From: Octopus sinensis
Lineage: Eukaryota
DNA: 64,000 nucleotides
Reading direction: 5' to 3'
NCBI RefSeq assembly: GCF_006345805.1
Contig: NC_043015.1
Coordinates: 43,524,001 to 43,588,000 of the forward strand
Numbering within the stretch: position 1 is the first letter of the stretch; the number at the start of each line of letters is the position of its first letter. Position numbers and translations under genes: made by a program. This document shows positions 1-12,634 of this stretch, in pieces. The notes beneath the pieces are model-generated. The model searched no databases. It saw only the letters and a program-made list of their open reading frames with translations, and had not been told where the DNA came from.

Positions 1-195
1 TGGCTATTAATGGCGCTTCCTATTAACTGTTAATACTTGCTAAGATATGATTGTTTTGCTTCTCTAATAATATTGTCAACGCTGGAGTCAAATCACGCCA
101 ACAATCTGAAACTAAGTGAATTCTGTTACTTCCCAGGTGGTTTATTTTGTTATTATTTTGTGATTAGAATTTTTCAGGAAAGAATCGCAACGTAG

Positions 196-428
196 ATACT
201 CGAAGACAAGTCAACCGGTTGGAGACCAAGGAATTGACCAAGAACCAAATGGCTGGATAATGTCCAAAGTCTAAGTTGGCCACACATGGAGATCGAACCA
301 GAAAAGCTAATGACACGTCTGATAGCTCCCCATGGACGAGGTTCTTGATAATTCTACACCCATAGTAAAGAAATAGATAATTCTACACCCACGATGATTG
401 GATGGATGGATGGATGGATGGATGGATA
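196..428 (+). mobile_element. 3' relic of an RTE-clade LINE (Rex3/Expander-like C-terminus) with (TGGA)n tail
   Basis: From 196 translates ILEDKSTGWRPRN*PRTKWLDNVQSLSWPHMEIEPEKLM, resembling the RTE C-terminal RRPRGRPRTRW..D...L.W..LGI.PEEL motif; followed by (TGGA)n at ~399-428 as a simple-repeat tail. Confidence 0.6.
363..375 (+). mobile_element. 13-nt SINE-A tail insertion (TAGTAAAGAAATA) between 16-bp direct repeats
   Basis: GATAATTCTACACCCA at 347-362 and 376-391; the insert equals the terminus of SINE-A copies (e.g. 4054-4066). Confidence 0.7.
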
Positions 429-712
429 ATGTATGCGCTTGTTCTTAAATTTTGTGGGACTCTATAAAAATGGTTACATAATCAACAAATTTCTTTTTCT
501 AGCTTCTGTTATTTTATATATGTTCGAAGGTTTAATAACGGACACAGTTTGTGTGTCAAGTAGCTAGCTTGAGGCGATGGCTTCATGGAGCTAATCAGCG
601 ACAGCTTTATTCTTATTTTTAAGAATGCCATATTAGTATGGCGATAACTATTAATTTCCAGAAACGCTGTCGTAATCTCTTTTAAAGAGACTTAGTAATT
701 TTAATATTTCTA

Positions 713-1067
<355 letters not shown>

Positions 1068-2260
1068 TGGTAGTGGTGGTGTCGCTCTTGATCACAAATA
1101 TATTCAAATTCCGGGACCGAAGGTTAAGAACATCTAGTTTCGAATAATAATAAAAAATCAGGATTTTCATTAACGTTTGCGACATACATATGTCTGTGGC
1201 AGGTTGGAAATTTCAAAACAATTGATCAAATGCACTGGTCTGTACAAGCCTGAGTTCTAAACCAGAGTCTTCAGCTTTCAGTGTTTCAGAATATGTTCGT
1301 GCCTCGCTACCGCGGGATTTGGTGTTTAGCCACACTGGACACAACGCCAGAATTTCATAGATATCATGTCTGGCCTCTTGACACGTACAATTCGATTCAA
1401 GTTAGTTCTTTCTTACTGCTGGCATTATGTTATAATAGGGTACCTATCATACATATAACACTTATCGTGTGGTATCATTTCAAATCTACCATATAATATA
1501 AAGACATAATCACATACACATACACACACGTATTTTTACGCTTGTATCTATGTTTCTTAGTGTCTGTAGAAAGACGGAGAGGTTGAAAGAAACAGCTTGA
1601 ATGAAACAATGAAACGGAGAGAACAATAGCAAAATATGACAAGAAAGATTAAACTATACATTAAATAAGTGAATATATTCTCTGAAATGAATGTTTAAGT
1701 TCCAAGTGATGGCTATTATTATTACTCATTAAAACATTACACGACAAAATCTTGGCAAAACTTCTTACCACTTCGTCTAACTACTCATTACTATCAGCGT
1801 GAGATAATTCTGTAATTACACAATAGTTAATGATAGATATCTTTACAAATTGTCCGCCATCGCTGAATTATTTATTAACGATAGAATGTCGTATCAGTTT
1901 GCTCTATTTTGCATTCTTTGTTCATTGTAGCTCCCAAGCTAAATTACTATCCTGCAGCTTTTGGCAAAACATTTGTCACAATTTATTTTTGCTGAAGATA
2001 TAGAATTGTCAGAGTAGTTAGCGACAATCTGTAGAATAATTTACTGCATTAGTTCCGCCCCTCTACAGGCTCTGTTCAAATCATGCGGAGTTCAACTTTG
2101 GCTTCGACGACATTAGTTTTCTGCTCTCAGACTCTACTATTAATTAGGCCTGTTACTCGGTTAATCTGCATTAAATAATTAACACAGGCTGCTATTTAAA
2201 ATTCATATGTGTGTGTGTAATGGTTTTGTATATGTATATATATATGTATACATATGTACA

Positions 2261-2480
2261 TACAGTTGCGGCCTAAATTTCAGAACGGCATTGTTTTCGT
2301 CAGAAAAGTAGGTATAAGTTTTTATCAAAGTTGTTTTATCTATAAATTTCACAGACAATAAATACAAAAGTATTTGCTATTGTCTGAGATTTTGGTGTAA
2401 TTTGAGAGGATAATACAAAAGTTATGGATGATTTAGTGATTTACTGCAAAACCCATGGCGGCCAAAATGATCAGAACGGT
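2261..2480 (+). mobile_element. Left end of a Tc1-like DNA transposon (IR/DR type)
   Basis: TA followed by CAGTTGCGGCCTAAATTTCAGAACGG (2263-2288); inner direct repeat GCGGCCAAAATGATCAGAACGG (2458-2479). No right end found. Confidence 0.5.
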
Positions 2481-2850
2481 TGCTTTTACTCCGTGTTTTA
2501 GTATAATTTAACCGGCGAACTCTAATGTTTTAAATTTGTTTACGTGACGGTTCGTTTACTAAACATTAGTAAGGAATATCTGCTGTGTACTTTGTTAATA
2601 TCTGTGAAGATGTCGTGATAATGTAGTGCTTGAAAATCTTCAAAATTATATTGTATTTGATATTCGTTTTGTCATGTGTAAGCTGGCTTTCGAAGATGCT
2701 TTATGTTTGGGATATCCACGGGGTTCTATTGGGATATCCACGGAGTTCTATTGCCAATAAGCCTAAAGCAGGCGTCTGTCATTACGAATGAAGGCATACC
2801 TAACATGGCCGTTATAATATACAAATATCTGTGTGTGAGTGTGCACGTAC

Positions 2851-2852
<2 letters not shown>

Positions 2853-2906
<54 letters not shown>

Positions 2907-2934
2907 TTATGCATATGTACCAACAAATATATAT

Positions 2935-3010
<76 letters not shown>

Positions 3011-3242
3011 TATAGGTTTGTATTTCTTTTCCAAAGAGTCAGGAAATAATTACGTTTTTATGGAAGTATATACGTGTATGTGTATAGATATACATATATA
3101 CACAAGATATGTCCGTAAGGTTCTCCGTTTGAAGATCTGTCTTCTTTGATTGAACCCCGTTAACTGCAGTATACAATATACATGCACACAATTGTGCAGT
3201 GCATATATATATATATATATGTTATATATATATCTATATATA

Positions 3243-3286
<44 letters not shown>

Positions 3287-3329
3287 ATGTATATGTGTAT
3301 AAATATGTATATATGCATATATAAATAAG

Positions 3330-3388
<59 letters not shown>

Positions 3389-3410
3389 GTGTGTGTGTGT
3401 GTGTGTGTAT
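2853..3410. repeat. (AT)n/(GT)n microsatellite blocks separated by short unique spacer
   Basis: Direct reading (2853-3005 and ~3200-3410). Confidence 0.9.
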
Positions 3411-3529
3411 TACTTCTGGATATCCTTGTTGCTTATTTCAATTTTAATCACCTTACCTTGAAATTGTATGGATAATACCGTACTAAATTATGGGGTCTCA
3501 AGTTAAGTACCATATTCATCTGAGCAAAA

Positions 3530-4085
3530 AGAGGGTATAATATGCCCTGTCCGTAAAGGAGGGAGCAGAGCAGATGCTAAAAACTGCAGGCCCATCTCTC
3601 TGACCTCACGTGTTAGCAAGACAATGGAGCGCATTATTAGAAAAAGCCTGATCACGCTCCTAGATAAAAGAGAAAAACAACCTTCTCAGAAACACGCAAC
3701 GTGATCCCGTCCAGGAAGGGGCTGCTGCAGCACTTTAACTGGTTACTGAAACAACAGCTAAACCAGTCAGCTGTAGACATGATATACTTCAATTTTTCCA
3801 GGGCCTTCGACAAGGATGATCATGGCATGATATATCACAAGCGGCGAGCTGGCAAAAACGTTAGCACGCCGGACGAAATGCGTAGCGTATTTCGTCTGCC
3901 GTTACATTCTGAGTTCAAATTCCGCCGAGGTCGACTTTGTCTTTCATCCTTTCGGAGTCGATAAAATAAGTACCAGTTACGCACTGGGGTCGATGTAATC
4001 GACTTAATCCCTTTGTCCCTGTTTGTCCCCCCCTGTGTTTAGCCCCTTGTGGGTAGTAAAGAAATAGATATATCACAAGCTGCGA
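3530..4085 (+). pseudogene. CR1-clade LINE reverse transcriptase fragment, interrupted by SINE-A
   Basis: Translates IICPVRKGGSRADAKNCRPISLTSRVSKTMERIIRK and VDMIYFNFSRAFDKDDHGMIYHK|LR (CR1-type NYRPISLTS and DFxKAFD motifs), with frameshifts. Confidence 0.85.
3842..4066 (+). mobile_element. SINE-A (tRNA-like A/B-box head, GCCTTTCATCCTTTCGGGGTCGATAAA central domain)
   Basis: 13-bp TSD GATATATCACAAG at 3829-3841 and 4067-4079; B-box-like GAGTTCAAATTCC; many similar copies in the window. Confidence 0.92.
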
Positions 4086-4313
4086 AACCCTCAAATATCT
4101 TCGAAATATACATCACCTGATACCTCTCTCGTATTCTCTGCAGGGAATAGAGACCCAGATCCTTTAGCCTCTTCTAGTAGCCAATCTTTTGCATCGAGTC
4201 AATCGTCTTTGTGTATTGGCGCTGGATTGCTTCGAGTTGCACAGTTTGTTTCATACTCTCTGGGGACCATAGCTGGGAACGGTAGTCGAAGCGACTGAGA
4301 ATGAAAGTCCTCC
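4085..4313 (-). pseudogene. Inverted internal CR1 segment (post-RT region)
   Basis: Minus strand reads WRTFILSRFDYRSQLWSPESMKQTVQLEAIQRQYTKTIDSMQKIGY*KRLKDLGLYSLQRIRERYQVMYISKIFEGF, typical of CR1 ORF2 C-terminal half. Confidence 0.85.
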
Positions 4314-4318
4314 ATATA

Positions 4319-4510
4319 GGAGGACTTACATGCTGTTGATGTGGACGTTTTCAGGTTTCTATCTAAGATAACAGATGGACCCACCTCGCGGCAAGAGACG
4401 CAAAGAAAGCAGCTCCGTCCAAATCGCTACTCCATAAAATCAATACCGGATACAAAACCAAATAACTACAGGTGGTGCACAAGCAGGGGGTCAGCTATAG
4501 TGGCAACCAG
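4319..4510 (+). pseudogene. CR1 3'-terminal segment
   Basis: Reads EDLHAVDVDVF, FLSKITDGPT, AAPSKSLLH, matching the CR1 terminal D.F...LD.FLS.IPDEP / AA.SNSL motifs. Confidence 0.75.
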
Positions 4511-4929
4511 TAAAAATCAGTTAAAAGAAAAGATACACACACACACACATATATATGTATGTATGTATCTTATATATATATAAACAACACATGGTCTTAA
4601 TCACATTGGATCCTAATACTTCAAGGTAATTTTTTCGTGAACATTCATTAAACTCAAGATACACAAAGAATTCACAATGTATCGGAGTACTTATTTTTTT
4701 AATTTTTGTACATATTTATTATTATTCATTTGCAAAAAACAATGCAATTTTCTTTTTTCCCCTTTCTCACTTAAAAAAAAAAAAAAAAAAATTTACCTTA
4801 AAATTCTTGAAAAGTCACATTATGACGAACACCGGTTTGAATTAATATATATTTATATATTTTATCAATTTCTCATTTCATTAAAATTTTCTTCCAATTT
4901 AGCATTCTGCATTTTTACAATTTTTCCTT

Positions 4930-5007
4930 GCTTATATATATATATATATATATACATACATATATAGATAGATAGATAGATATACATATACAATAATATA
5001 TATATAT

Positions 5008-5064
<57 letters not shown>

Positions 5065-5140
5065 TATAGAGAGAGAGATACATACATATATATATATGTT
5101 ATATGTACATATATAATTATATATATGTATATGTATATAT
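4930..5140. repeat. (AT)n/(AGAT)n microsatellite
   Basis: Direct reading. Confidence 0.95.
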
Positions 5141-5144
5141 ATGT

Positions 5145-5360
5145 AGGGAGAGTTTACGAAAAAAACAAAAGACGAAGACAGTTTTTGTAAAAACTGTATC
5201 TTGTATATTGTATATTGTATATTGTGTATCTTGTTTGTGTACAAAACAAACAGATGTATTAATATAACGCTCAGGAATAGAAAAAGTCTTTTACGTTTCG
5301 AGCCTACGCTCTTCTACAGAAAGGTACACAGAAAAAAAGGTGAGAAACAAGGAGAGAAAA
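5145..5360 (-). mobile_element. Short Penelope-like-derived element abutting (TA)n; inverted relative of 29085-29250
   Basis: Shares GAAGAGCGTAGGCTCGAAACGTAAAAGACTTT and downstream GAGCGTT with 29085-29250; contains a hammerhead-like fold. Confidence 0.55.
5288..5323 (-). ncRNA. Minimal hammerhead-like motif, variant core CUGUAGA
   Basis: Minus strand: CTTT-CTGTAGA-A-GAGC-GTAG-GCTC-GAAAC-GTA-AAAG (stem I CTTT/AAAG, stem II GAGC/GCTC, loopless palindromic ACGT stem III). Confidence 0.5.
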
Positions 5361-5442
5361 AAATATGTGTAGTGGCTAACGATCTATCATGGCGACTCAT
5401 ACATGTATGTATGTATGTATGTATGTATGTATGTATATATAT

Positions 5443-5473
<31 letters not shown>

Positions 5474-6249
5474 TATCTATATATATTATAATATATATAT
5501 ATATATAATACGTCGCAAAGCTAACATTTATATAACTAAGTCTCACATATGAACGAGGAATTATAAGTTTATACATTTATATTCATATAATTGTAGAATT
5601 CGGTTTTTAAGACACCACAGCTGACACGCCGCAAAACAAACAATAAAAAATAATAAAGAAAACTGAAAAAATAGAATATTTCATAAATATGAAAGAAACC
5701 TCGGTTCTATATCTTCGATGAAAGAGATAGTGTATTCGCTAATATCCGAAAAAATGTTGATAATATCGAATGAAAAAAAATAAAGATACACGTATTGAAC
5801 TTGAGGAATATCTAAAATTATAAGCAAAGAAAATCGTGATAGTATTTTCTTCAATAATATTCAAGAAATGGAAAAACAGAACATTTTTCTCGCCAAAATT
5901 ATTCTACCGACATAAAGGACGTAATGAGTTGAGTGCAAAATTATTTCTTCTAAATGTCATGGTATTCCATGACCTTATGTTTGCCTCACTATGAAGGGTG
6001 ATAAATTTGTAAAAACTTTATTCATTTACATGTTTTCGTCCGTCTTAATATTCAGTTTCAAAAATAAAAATTCCTGTTTTTTCTCCTTCTTTTTTCGATA
6101 TCTTTGCTTTTCTTCTCACATTGTCTAACTTAGGTTAACTGATTTAGATAAATTCATGACCCTCTTTAACCGTATTTTAAAATGCATCACATTGGCGACC
6201 TATTAGTATAAAAAAAGGATAAAACATTCACATAATAATCTTTTCTACT

Positions 6250-6385
6250 ACAAGGCACAACGCCTGAAATTTTGGGGGGAATGATCCAGTCGATTACATT
6301 GCCAAAGTGTTGGACGGGTACTTATTTTATCAACCCCCGAAAGTGTAAAAGGTACAGTCGACCTCGGTGGTACAGGAGCTCGCTT
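6250..6385 (-). mobile_element. Old diverged SINE-A-related copy
   Basis: GGTACTTATTTTATCAACCCCCGAAAG...AGTCGACCTCGG is the reverse complement of the SINE-A central domain. Confidence 0.65.
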
Positions 6386-7409
6386 ATATCTGGAAGAAAA
6401 ATTGCTAAATACTTTGTTTTTTTTTGTTTTGTGCGGTTACAAATTTACACATAATGATGACAAAACAAAAGGCGTTTCTTATCACTAATAGAATTCTGTT
6501 AGAATTACCGATCCTCGTTGTTATTTACTTTTAGATGTCTTGTGGTTACAGATGTTCAATCATATACCAAATATGGATGTATTCAGTATAGAAAAACAAA
6601 TATGGCTGTCTTTACATGACATGGCCATTCAATATATTATTACTACAATCGTTAAGAGATTCTCTGCACTAAACTGATAAATGATTCTTTACCCCCGATA
6701 GGATGAAAGGCGACTCTGATCTCAACGGTATTTGAATTGAAAGCGGAAGTTCCGGAACATATGCTATAAAACATTGTATCCAACCAGATAATTTGCGAAC
6801 CTGGTTAGGAATGGGGACCAAGTGTTGAGTGGAGCATAATTTGGTTTCATTTTCCAAAATTACCTCCTGTTATGTGACGGGTGACTTTTGGAAGTTTTAC
6901 TTCTGCCACCATTGTATTGTGGCAATAATTAGAATTTAACTTTTATCGAATGCTTTGGTAATTATTCAAAATGCTGAAATAAATACAAATTTTCAAAAGA
7001 AAAATATTTTTTTACTTAAGATAAAAACAGATCTTGTAACTACTCTACCACTTACTTCCCCTTTTTTCGGTCTCCTGTCAACTCTGTCAACCACCCATCT
7101 TTCATATCATAAAGTTTAGTCTCCCCTATCTCTTTCTTACCCCCCATTTCTCACTCTTTCTTTCTTCGATGCGTGACTGAAGATTTCAACCAAACATTCA
7201 TCATTTGCACCAACTATTTTTAAATAATATTTATGCCACGTTTCATTGGAATGTGGAAATACGAGATCGTCTCGCTATTATCAACCCACACTTCCTCTTT
7301 CTTTTCACCAAGGTTTGCTATCGGGAAAAAAAAACATCAGTGGTGCAAAATACCCGTTCCTTTTTTATACCCAGCGTTAAATATCAGAAAATATATATTC
7401 TTCTCTACT

Positions 7410-7612
7410 CTAAGCACAAGGCTCGAAATTTTAGGGGAGGGATACAGTCGATCAGATCGACCCCAGAACGCAACTGGTACTTAATTTATCGAACCCGAAA
7501 GGATGAAAGGCAAAGTCGACCTCGTCAGAATTTGAAGTCAGACCGTAAAGACGGACCAAATTCCGCTAAGCATTTCGCTCGGCGTGCTAACGTTTCTGCT
7601 AGTTCGCGGCCT
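7410..7612 (-). mobile_element. SINE-A-related copy
   Basis: Reverse complement of SINE-A head and central domain (ACTGGTACTTAATTTATCGAACCCGAAAGGATGAAAGGCAAAGTCGACCTCG). Confidence 0.8.
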
Positions 7613-8797
7613 TATAAAAAATATGTATATATTGATTACGCTTTCTGACTTCAAATTATTTTTTTTTATCTAAAATTCATTGTTTAGATTTTATTCTCGA
7701 ACAAAAACATTTCGTGGAAAAAAATATCAACTCACTAATATGTTATGCCTCTCATCAGACATAATTGCTAAGAGACATTATAATCAAAGATGTAGATGTG
7801 AACATTTACGACATTTTCTCGATTTGGGATCTACAGTTACGTTAATCAAGTTAACAAAAATGCCGTTCTTTCTTTAAGACGATAGGAATTCGAAGGTTTG
7901 AACTGCTATTTCTAGCATGTTTAATAATTAGTTTCGTGGTTAACAAAGAGATTAACGTAATCAAGTCATATATTGAAATTCATAAATTTGAAATTGTGTG
8001 TCTCAGAAATACATTATTGTTGGCACCGAATTTCCAAACTGCTTAGATTTTAGTTTTTAAGAAATTAATTTTATTTTGCCGAGTTTGTTAATTTGTTGTT
8101 AATTAGAATTTTACTGAAAAGAAAATAAGGAAAAATAAACAGTAGCTAATTACAATGAGAGCTATAAATATCTTATGTCTGGGAAAAAAAGTTGTTTTTA
8201 AGATTATTAATTAGAATTTTTATTTTTATTTAGAATTTGGTTATTTCTAATTGTATCAAAATATGATTAATGATTGGGTGCATTTTATATGTTAATGTTA
8301 AATAATTACTTTTTAATTCAAATTGAACAATCTACAGATACAATTATTAAAGACTGGGTAAATTTCTAATGAATCTCTCTCAGAGAATCAGGAACAAATT
8401 TTCAAGGCGTCCCAGTAAAGTGAACTCCGACCGATAGATATGCTCCGTGTTCGAATTAATTGAATTAATTCTTAAATACGTTAAGCGTGCTTCGATATCA
8501 ATATGAGATTGAAGCATCTCAAACTTGTATTGATGTCAACTGCACTTCCAAAGAGAACTGTCTGTTTTTTTTGTGTGTGTGTGGCGAATTAAACTACGCA
8601 AATTCATGGAATTCACCTGTAGATAAGAAACGGAATAGAAGAAGGCATTGTAATATTCAAATTTATTGAAATCCCCCCAAAAAAAAAGAATTAGACAATA
8701 GTTCAAAAAAATATATAAGTATATTAAAACTATAACGCTAGGTTGAAAAATGTTCCAAAAATAATGCTAAACAAGGAAATTATGATACTTTTCAATG

Positions 8798-9188
8798 GTG
8801 GAAGCACTCCGTCGGTTACGACGACGAGGGTTCCGGTTGATCCGATCAACGGAACAGTCTGCTCGTGAAATTAACGTGTAAGTGGCTGAGCACTCCACAG
8901 ACACGTGTACCCTTAACGTAGTTCTCGGGGATATTCAGCGTGACATAGAGAGTGACAAGGCCGGCCCTTTGAAATACATGTACAACAGAAACAGGAAGGA
9001 AGTAAGAGTGAGAGAAAGTTGTGGTGAAAGAGTACAGCAGGGATCACCACCATCCCCTGCTGGAGCCTCGTGGAGCTTTTTAGGTGTTTTCACTCAATAA
9101 ACACTCACAACGCCCGGTCTGGGAATCAAAACCGCGATCCTACGACCGCGAGTCCGCTGCCCTAACCACTGGGCCATTGCGCCTCCAC
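8798..9188 (-). mobile_element. SINE-B, tRNA(Arg)-like head, full length
   Basis: Minus-strand head GTGGAGGCGCAATGGCCCAGTGGTTAGGGCAGCGGACTCGCGG...; 11-bp TSD ACTTTTCAATG (8787-8797, 9189-9199); near-identical to 54584-54957 and 56071-56450. Confidence 0.92.
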
Positions 9189-9669
9189 ACTTTTCAATGA
9201 AATTCTCATGCAATACATAAACAGTAGTGTGTTTAACTACCACCTTTCTGAATTACTTCAAAGACACGCGATTTCATGCTCCCAATTAACTTCTGCAAAT
9301 ACCCTCACATAAAACAATACACTGTTCATGCGCTGCTACATGAAGAACATATATTCACACAATATTCAACTCGCCCAAAGAGAGGCAATAAGTACCATCA
9401 GATCCGGCCAACCCGCCGTCCAATATCACTACAATTCTGTCTACTGTAGACACGAGACCTGAAACTTGAGACGAATGACCTACTTGCTTACATTGCTCCC
9501 AGTGATGGTACTTTATTTTGTCGATCTCAAAATGACGTAAGGCACAGTAGACTTTGACAGAATTTGAACTCAGAAAACAGAAATTTTACTCTGCATTTTA
9601 TCGGACATGCTAACGAGTGTGCCAGTTAACCGGTTTAATAATGATAAAAATAATATTTTCTACTATAGG

Positions 9670-9825
9670 CATAAAGCCTGCTCAAGTGATACTTATTTAA
9701 TCGATCCCGAGAGGACGAAAAGCAAAAGTGACCGAGGCGATATTTTAACTCAGAAAAATAAAGCTGAAAAATGCAGCAAAAACACTTTGTCCGGAGTGCT
9801 AATGATTCTGCCAGCTTGCCACCTT
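9670..9825 (-). mobile_element. Old SINE-A-related copy
   Basis: Degenerate reverse complement of SINE-A head and central domain. Confidence 0.55.
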
Positions 9826-10841
9826 TAGATAAATAAATAAATAAAATGGTGAATGTTACAGCTAAACATGGCCATTTGACATTCTTTAAGAGGAAAATTC
9901 TTTACTTTGCAAAACGAAGGACAGATAAATAACAAGACTTTTTAATGTGTCATTATTTTAATAATATCATCTGATGTACGCCTTGAAAATGCTAGCTACG
10001 TTTTGTTGTACATCTTGATGTGAAGGGCAGATACATATCGGGACTTTTGATGTATCATTGTTTTAACAATAAGGTCACGGGATTTACGCTTTTAAAATAA
10101 TAGCTATGTTTGTTGAAAAACAACTCAATTTCTCAGGAATACACCAGCAATCTTTATACTCATTTGCCAAGCTGTAAAATAAGTCACGCTAAGATAATTA
10201 ACTCTCGTACTAAACGAAGTTGGTATAATTTCTATAGCGAAATATATTATTGCTTAGATTCAGTCTGAATAATAACTAACTACTACATACTTATGCGACG
10301 GTAAAGCGATGAGGAAGCAGAACCGTTGGCTTGTCGGAAAAAATGTTTTACGGTGGCTTTTGTTTTAGTGGGTGGGGTTCTTGCTCTTTATATACTGAGT
10401 TTAAATCACGCCGAGGTCAACTTTGAATTTTTTTTTCCCTCGGAGTCGATAAAATAAAGTACTAGACTTCATGTAATCGACTTGTCCCCACCTCTCAGAA
10501 ATCACAGGCCTTGAATCCTACAACAGACCGTTGCTTCCCTCACAGAACGGTATTTGTGTTTATGCGAGTTCAGTTTTGTGGAAGTGAAATGTTGTATTTT
10601 ACGTAAAATAACAATGCAACTTCAAATCAATCACCGAAGATGATAAGTAACAGATTCCAAGGTGTTGATTGCTGTGTTGAGTTTTTGCAACGTTAGAAGT
10701 TGGTTTCTGCACAGTTTGGGACTACGGAAAATTTGTATCTATTAGTAGTCAGGGCTGTGTAGATAAGATTCTATTTTCATAAACGTGCGTTTTCGGGGTC
10801 AGTCTCGGCATTTTGAGAAAGTGTCTTCCACTATAGCCCAG

Positions 10842-10973
10842 CAACCACATGCCGGGTCCATTCCCACTGCGTGGCACCTTGGGCAAGTGCCTTCTACTAT
10901 AGCGCCGGGCCAACCAAAGCCTTGTGAGTGGATTTGGTAGACGGAAACTGAAAGAAGCCCGTCGTATATATGC

Positions 10974-10975
<2 letters not shown>
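10842..10975 (+). mobile_element. OR2-like (CORE-type) SINE 5' part ending in (AT)n
   Basis: CCCACTGCGTGGCACCTTGGGCAAGTG...GGATTTGGTAGACGGAAACTGAAAGAAGCCCGTCG; ACCTTGGGCAAGT resembles the CORE domain. Confidence 0.85.
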
Positions 10976-11030
<55 letters not shown>

Positions 11031-11120
11031 CTCTGAGGCTTCGCTTACCTTAACCGATCATTTAGTTATATTGTGAGTGCTTCCACGAACGCATGCTTAC
11101 ATTATTTCAGCATGTTAAGT

Positions 11121-11383
11121 CAAATAAAAATAAATGCGCCCTTTTAAAGCCTTCGCAGGTTCATGGCCCGGTTTCCTGGTTTCTATGCCGTATGTGTTCC
11201 CCCCAGCGGGACGGGACACCAATCCATCGCAGCGTTACCCACTTTTGCCAGTTGAGTGGACTGAAGCAACGTGAAATGAAGTGTTTTGCTCAAGAGCACA
11301 ACGCGTCGCCCGGCCCAGGAATCGAAACCACAATCTTACGATCATGATGCTGACACCCTAGCCACTAAGCCACGCGCCTCCAC
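11121..11383 (-). mobile_element. SINE-C, tRNA-like head, full length
   Basis: Minus head GTGGAGGCGCGTGGCTTAGTGGCTAGGGTGTCAGC; 13-bp TSD CAGC(A/C)TGTTAAGT (11108-11120, 11384-11396); homologous to 55442-55704. Confidence 0.88.
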
Positions 11384-12022
11384 CAGCCTGTTAAGTAGTT
11401 ATTTTTAAATATTTATCAATGAAATCAAGCCACCTTTATAAATCACGCTACGCATCATCGCCAAATATTTGTTCTCATACATGTGTTGGGAATCAAACTG
11501 GTATATTTAGTTCGTTTCCAGAGCCATCGGAAACTAATTGTATACATTACATTCGTTCATATGGTTATTTTGATCTGCCATGTCCTCAATCGATCATAAG
11601 TGACTTCCAACTCACTTTATGCATTCAGGCCAATTTAATATCAATTTATTCTGCTGGAAAAAGCGTGGCTCATCACAATAAGTCTCCATCCATCCTTTAA
11701 TCTTTGTGTAATAGTTCATTATGGTGCTACAGGTAAAATGAAATTCTAAACATAAACGGGAAAACGAATTAATAGGTTGCTCTATGAATAATCTGTTGAT
11801 GATATCCTAATAGCATTTGCTTTGAAGTATAAACGTTGATTTAATAATATTATTCCTTCTCTTCATATCAGAACGTGTAATATTTGATACATACCCAACA
11901 AGGAAGCGTACTAGACACCAACAATTCTACATTAAACTGAATTAATACATGGACTATGTTAGAGAGCTAATTGTAAATATTAAAGTTTAGGTGTTATATA
12001 AGAATATATATATATACATGTG

Positions 12023-12069
<47 letters not shown>

Positions 12070-12429
12070 GCGTATGTATATATGTATATGTATGCATATA
12101 TATAAATGTATGTGTGCGTATGTCTATACATATGTGTATGTGTATGTATGCATATATATATATATATTCGGTGCGTGTTCATCGGCTACCTTATTATGCA
12201 CTTTATCAGTGATAACCATCTTGTTTCATATGCGTATACACACACAAGCACACACATACAGCAACAGACGATGTGAGAGAATGAGAGAACGATAAACCTC
12301 AAAACTGTGATAGAGAAGAAACTTTCTATCTTTTTACTAAGAACTGAAATTACAAGAACTTAGTTCTCAGTATTTTTGCAAACGTACATGAAGATAAAGG
12401 GCTACATTAAGTTACAACGATGATTGTGG

Positions 12430-12592
12430 TTACTGTGGTTGCCTAGTAAGAAGTTTGCCTCCCAACGACACGATATGGGGTTCAATCCTCCTATGTGGTG
12501 GCAATTTAGGTAGATGTCTTCTCTTACTTCCCCGAGTTGAATAAATCCTTGTTATTGGATTCGGCAGACAGAAACTGAACAAAGCGTGATAG

Positions 12593-12600
<8 letters not shown>
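12430..12600 (+). mobile_element. Degenerate OR2-like SINE
   Basis: Diverged match to OR2-like head and GGCAGACAGAAACTGAA segment. Confidence 0.6.

Positions 12601-12634
<34 letters not shown>

Noticed and set aside
1281-1400. Possible exon (TTTCAG acceptor, open frame FQNMFVPRYRGIW..., GTTAGT donor)
   Set aside because: No recognisable homology and no partner exons; such signals arise by chance.
8798-9188. tRNA genes in SINE-B, SINE-C or OR2-like heads
   Set aside because: The heads continue into family bodies and are bounded by TSDs; no complete cloverleaf with terminator.
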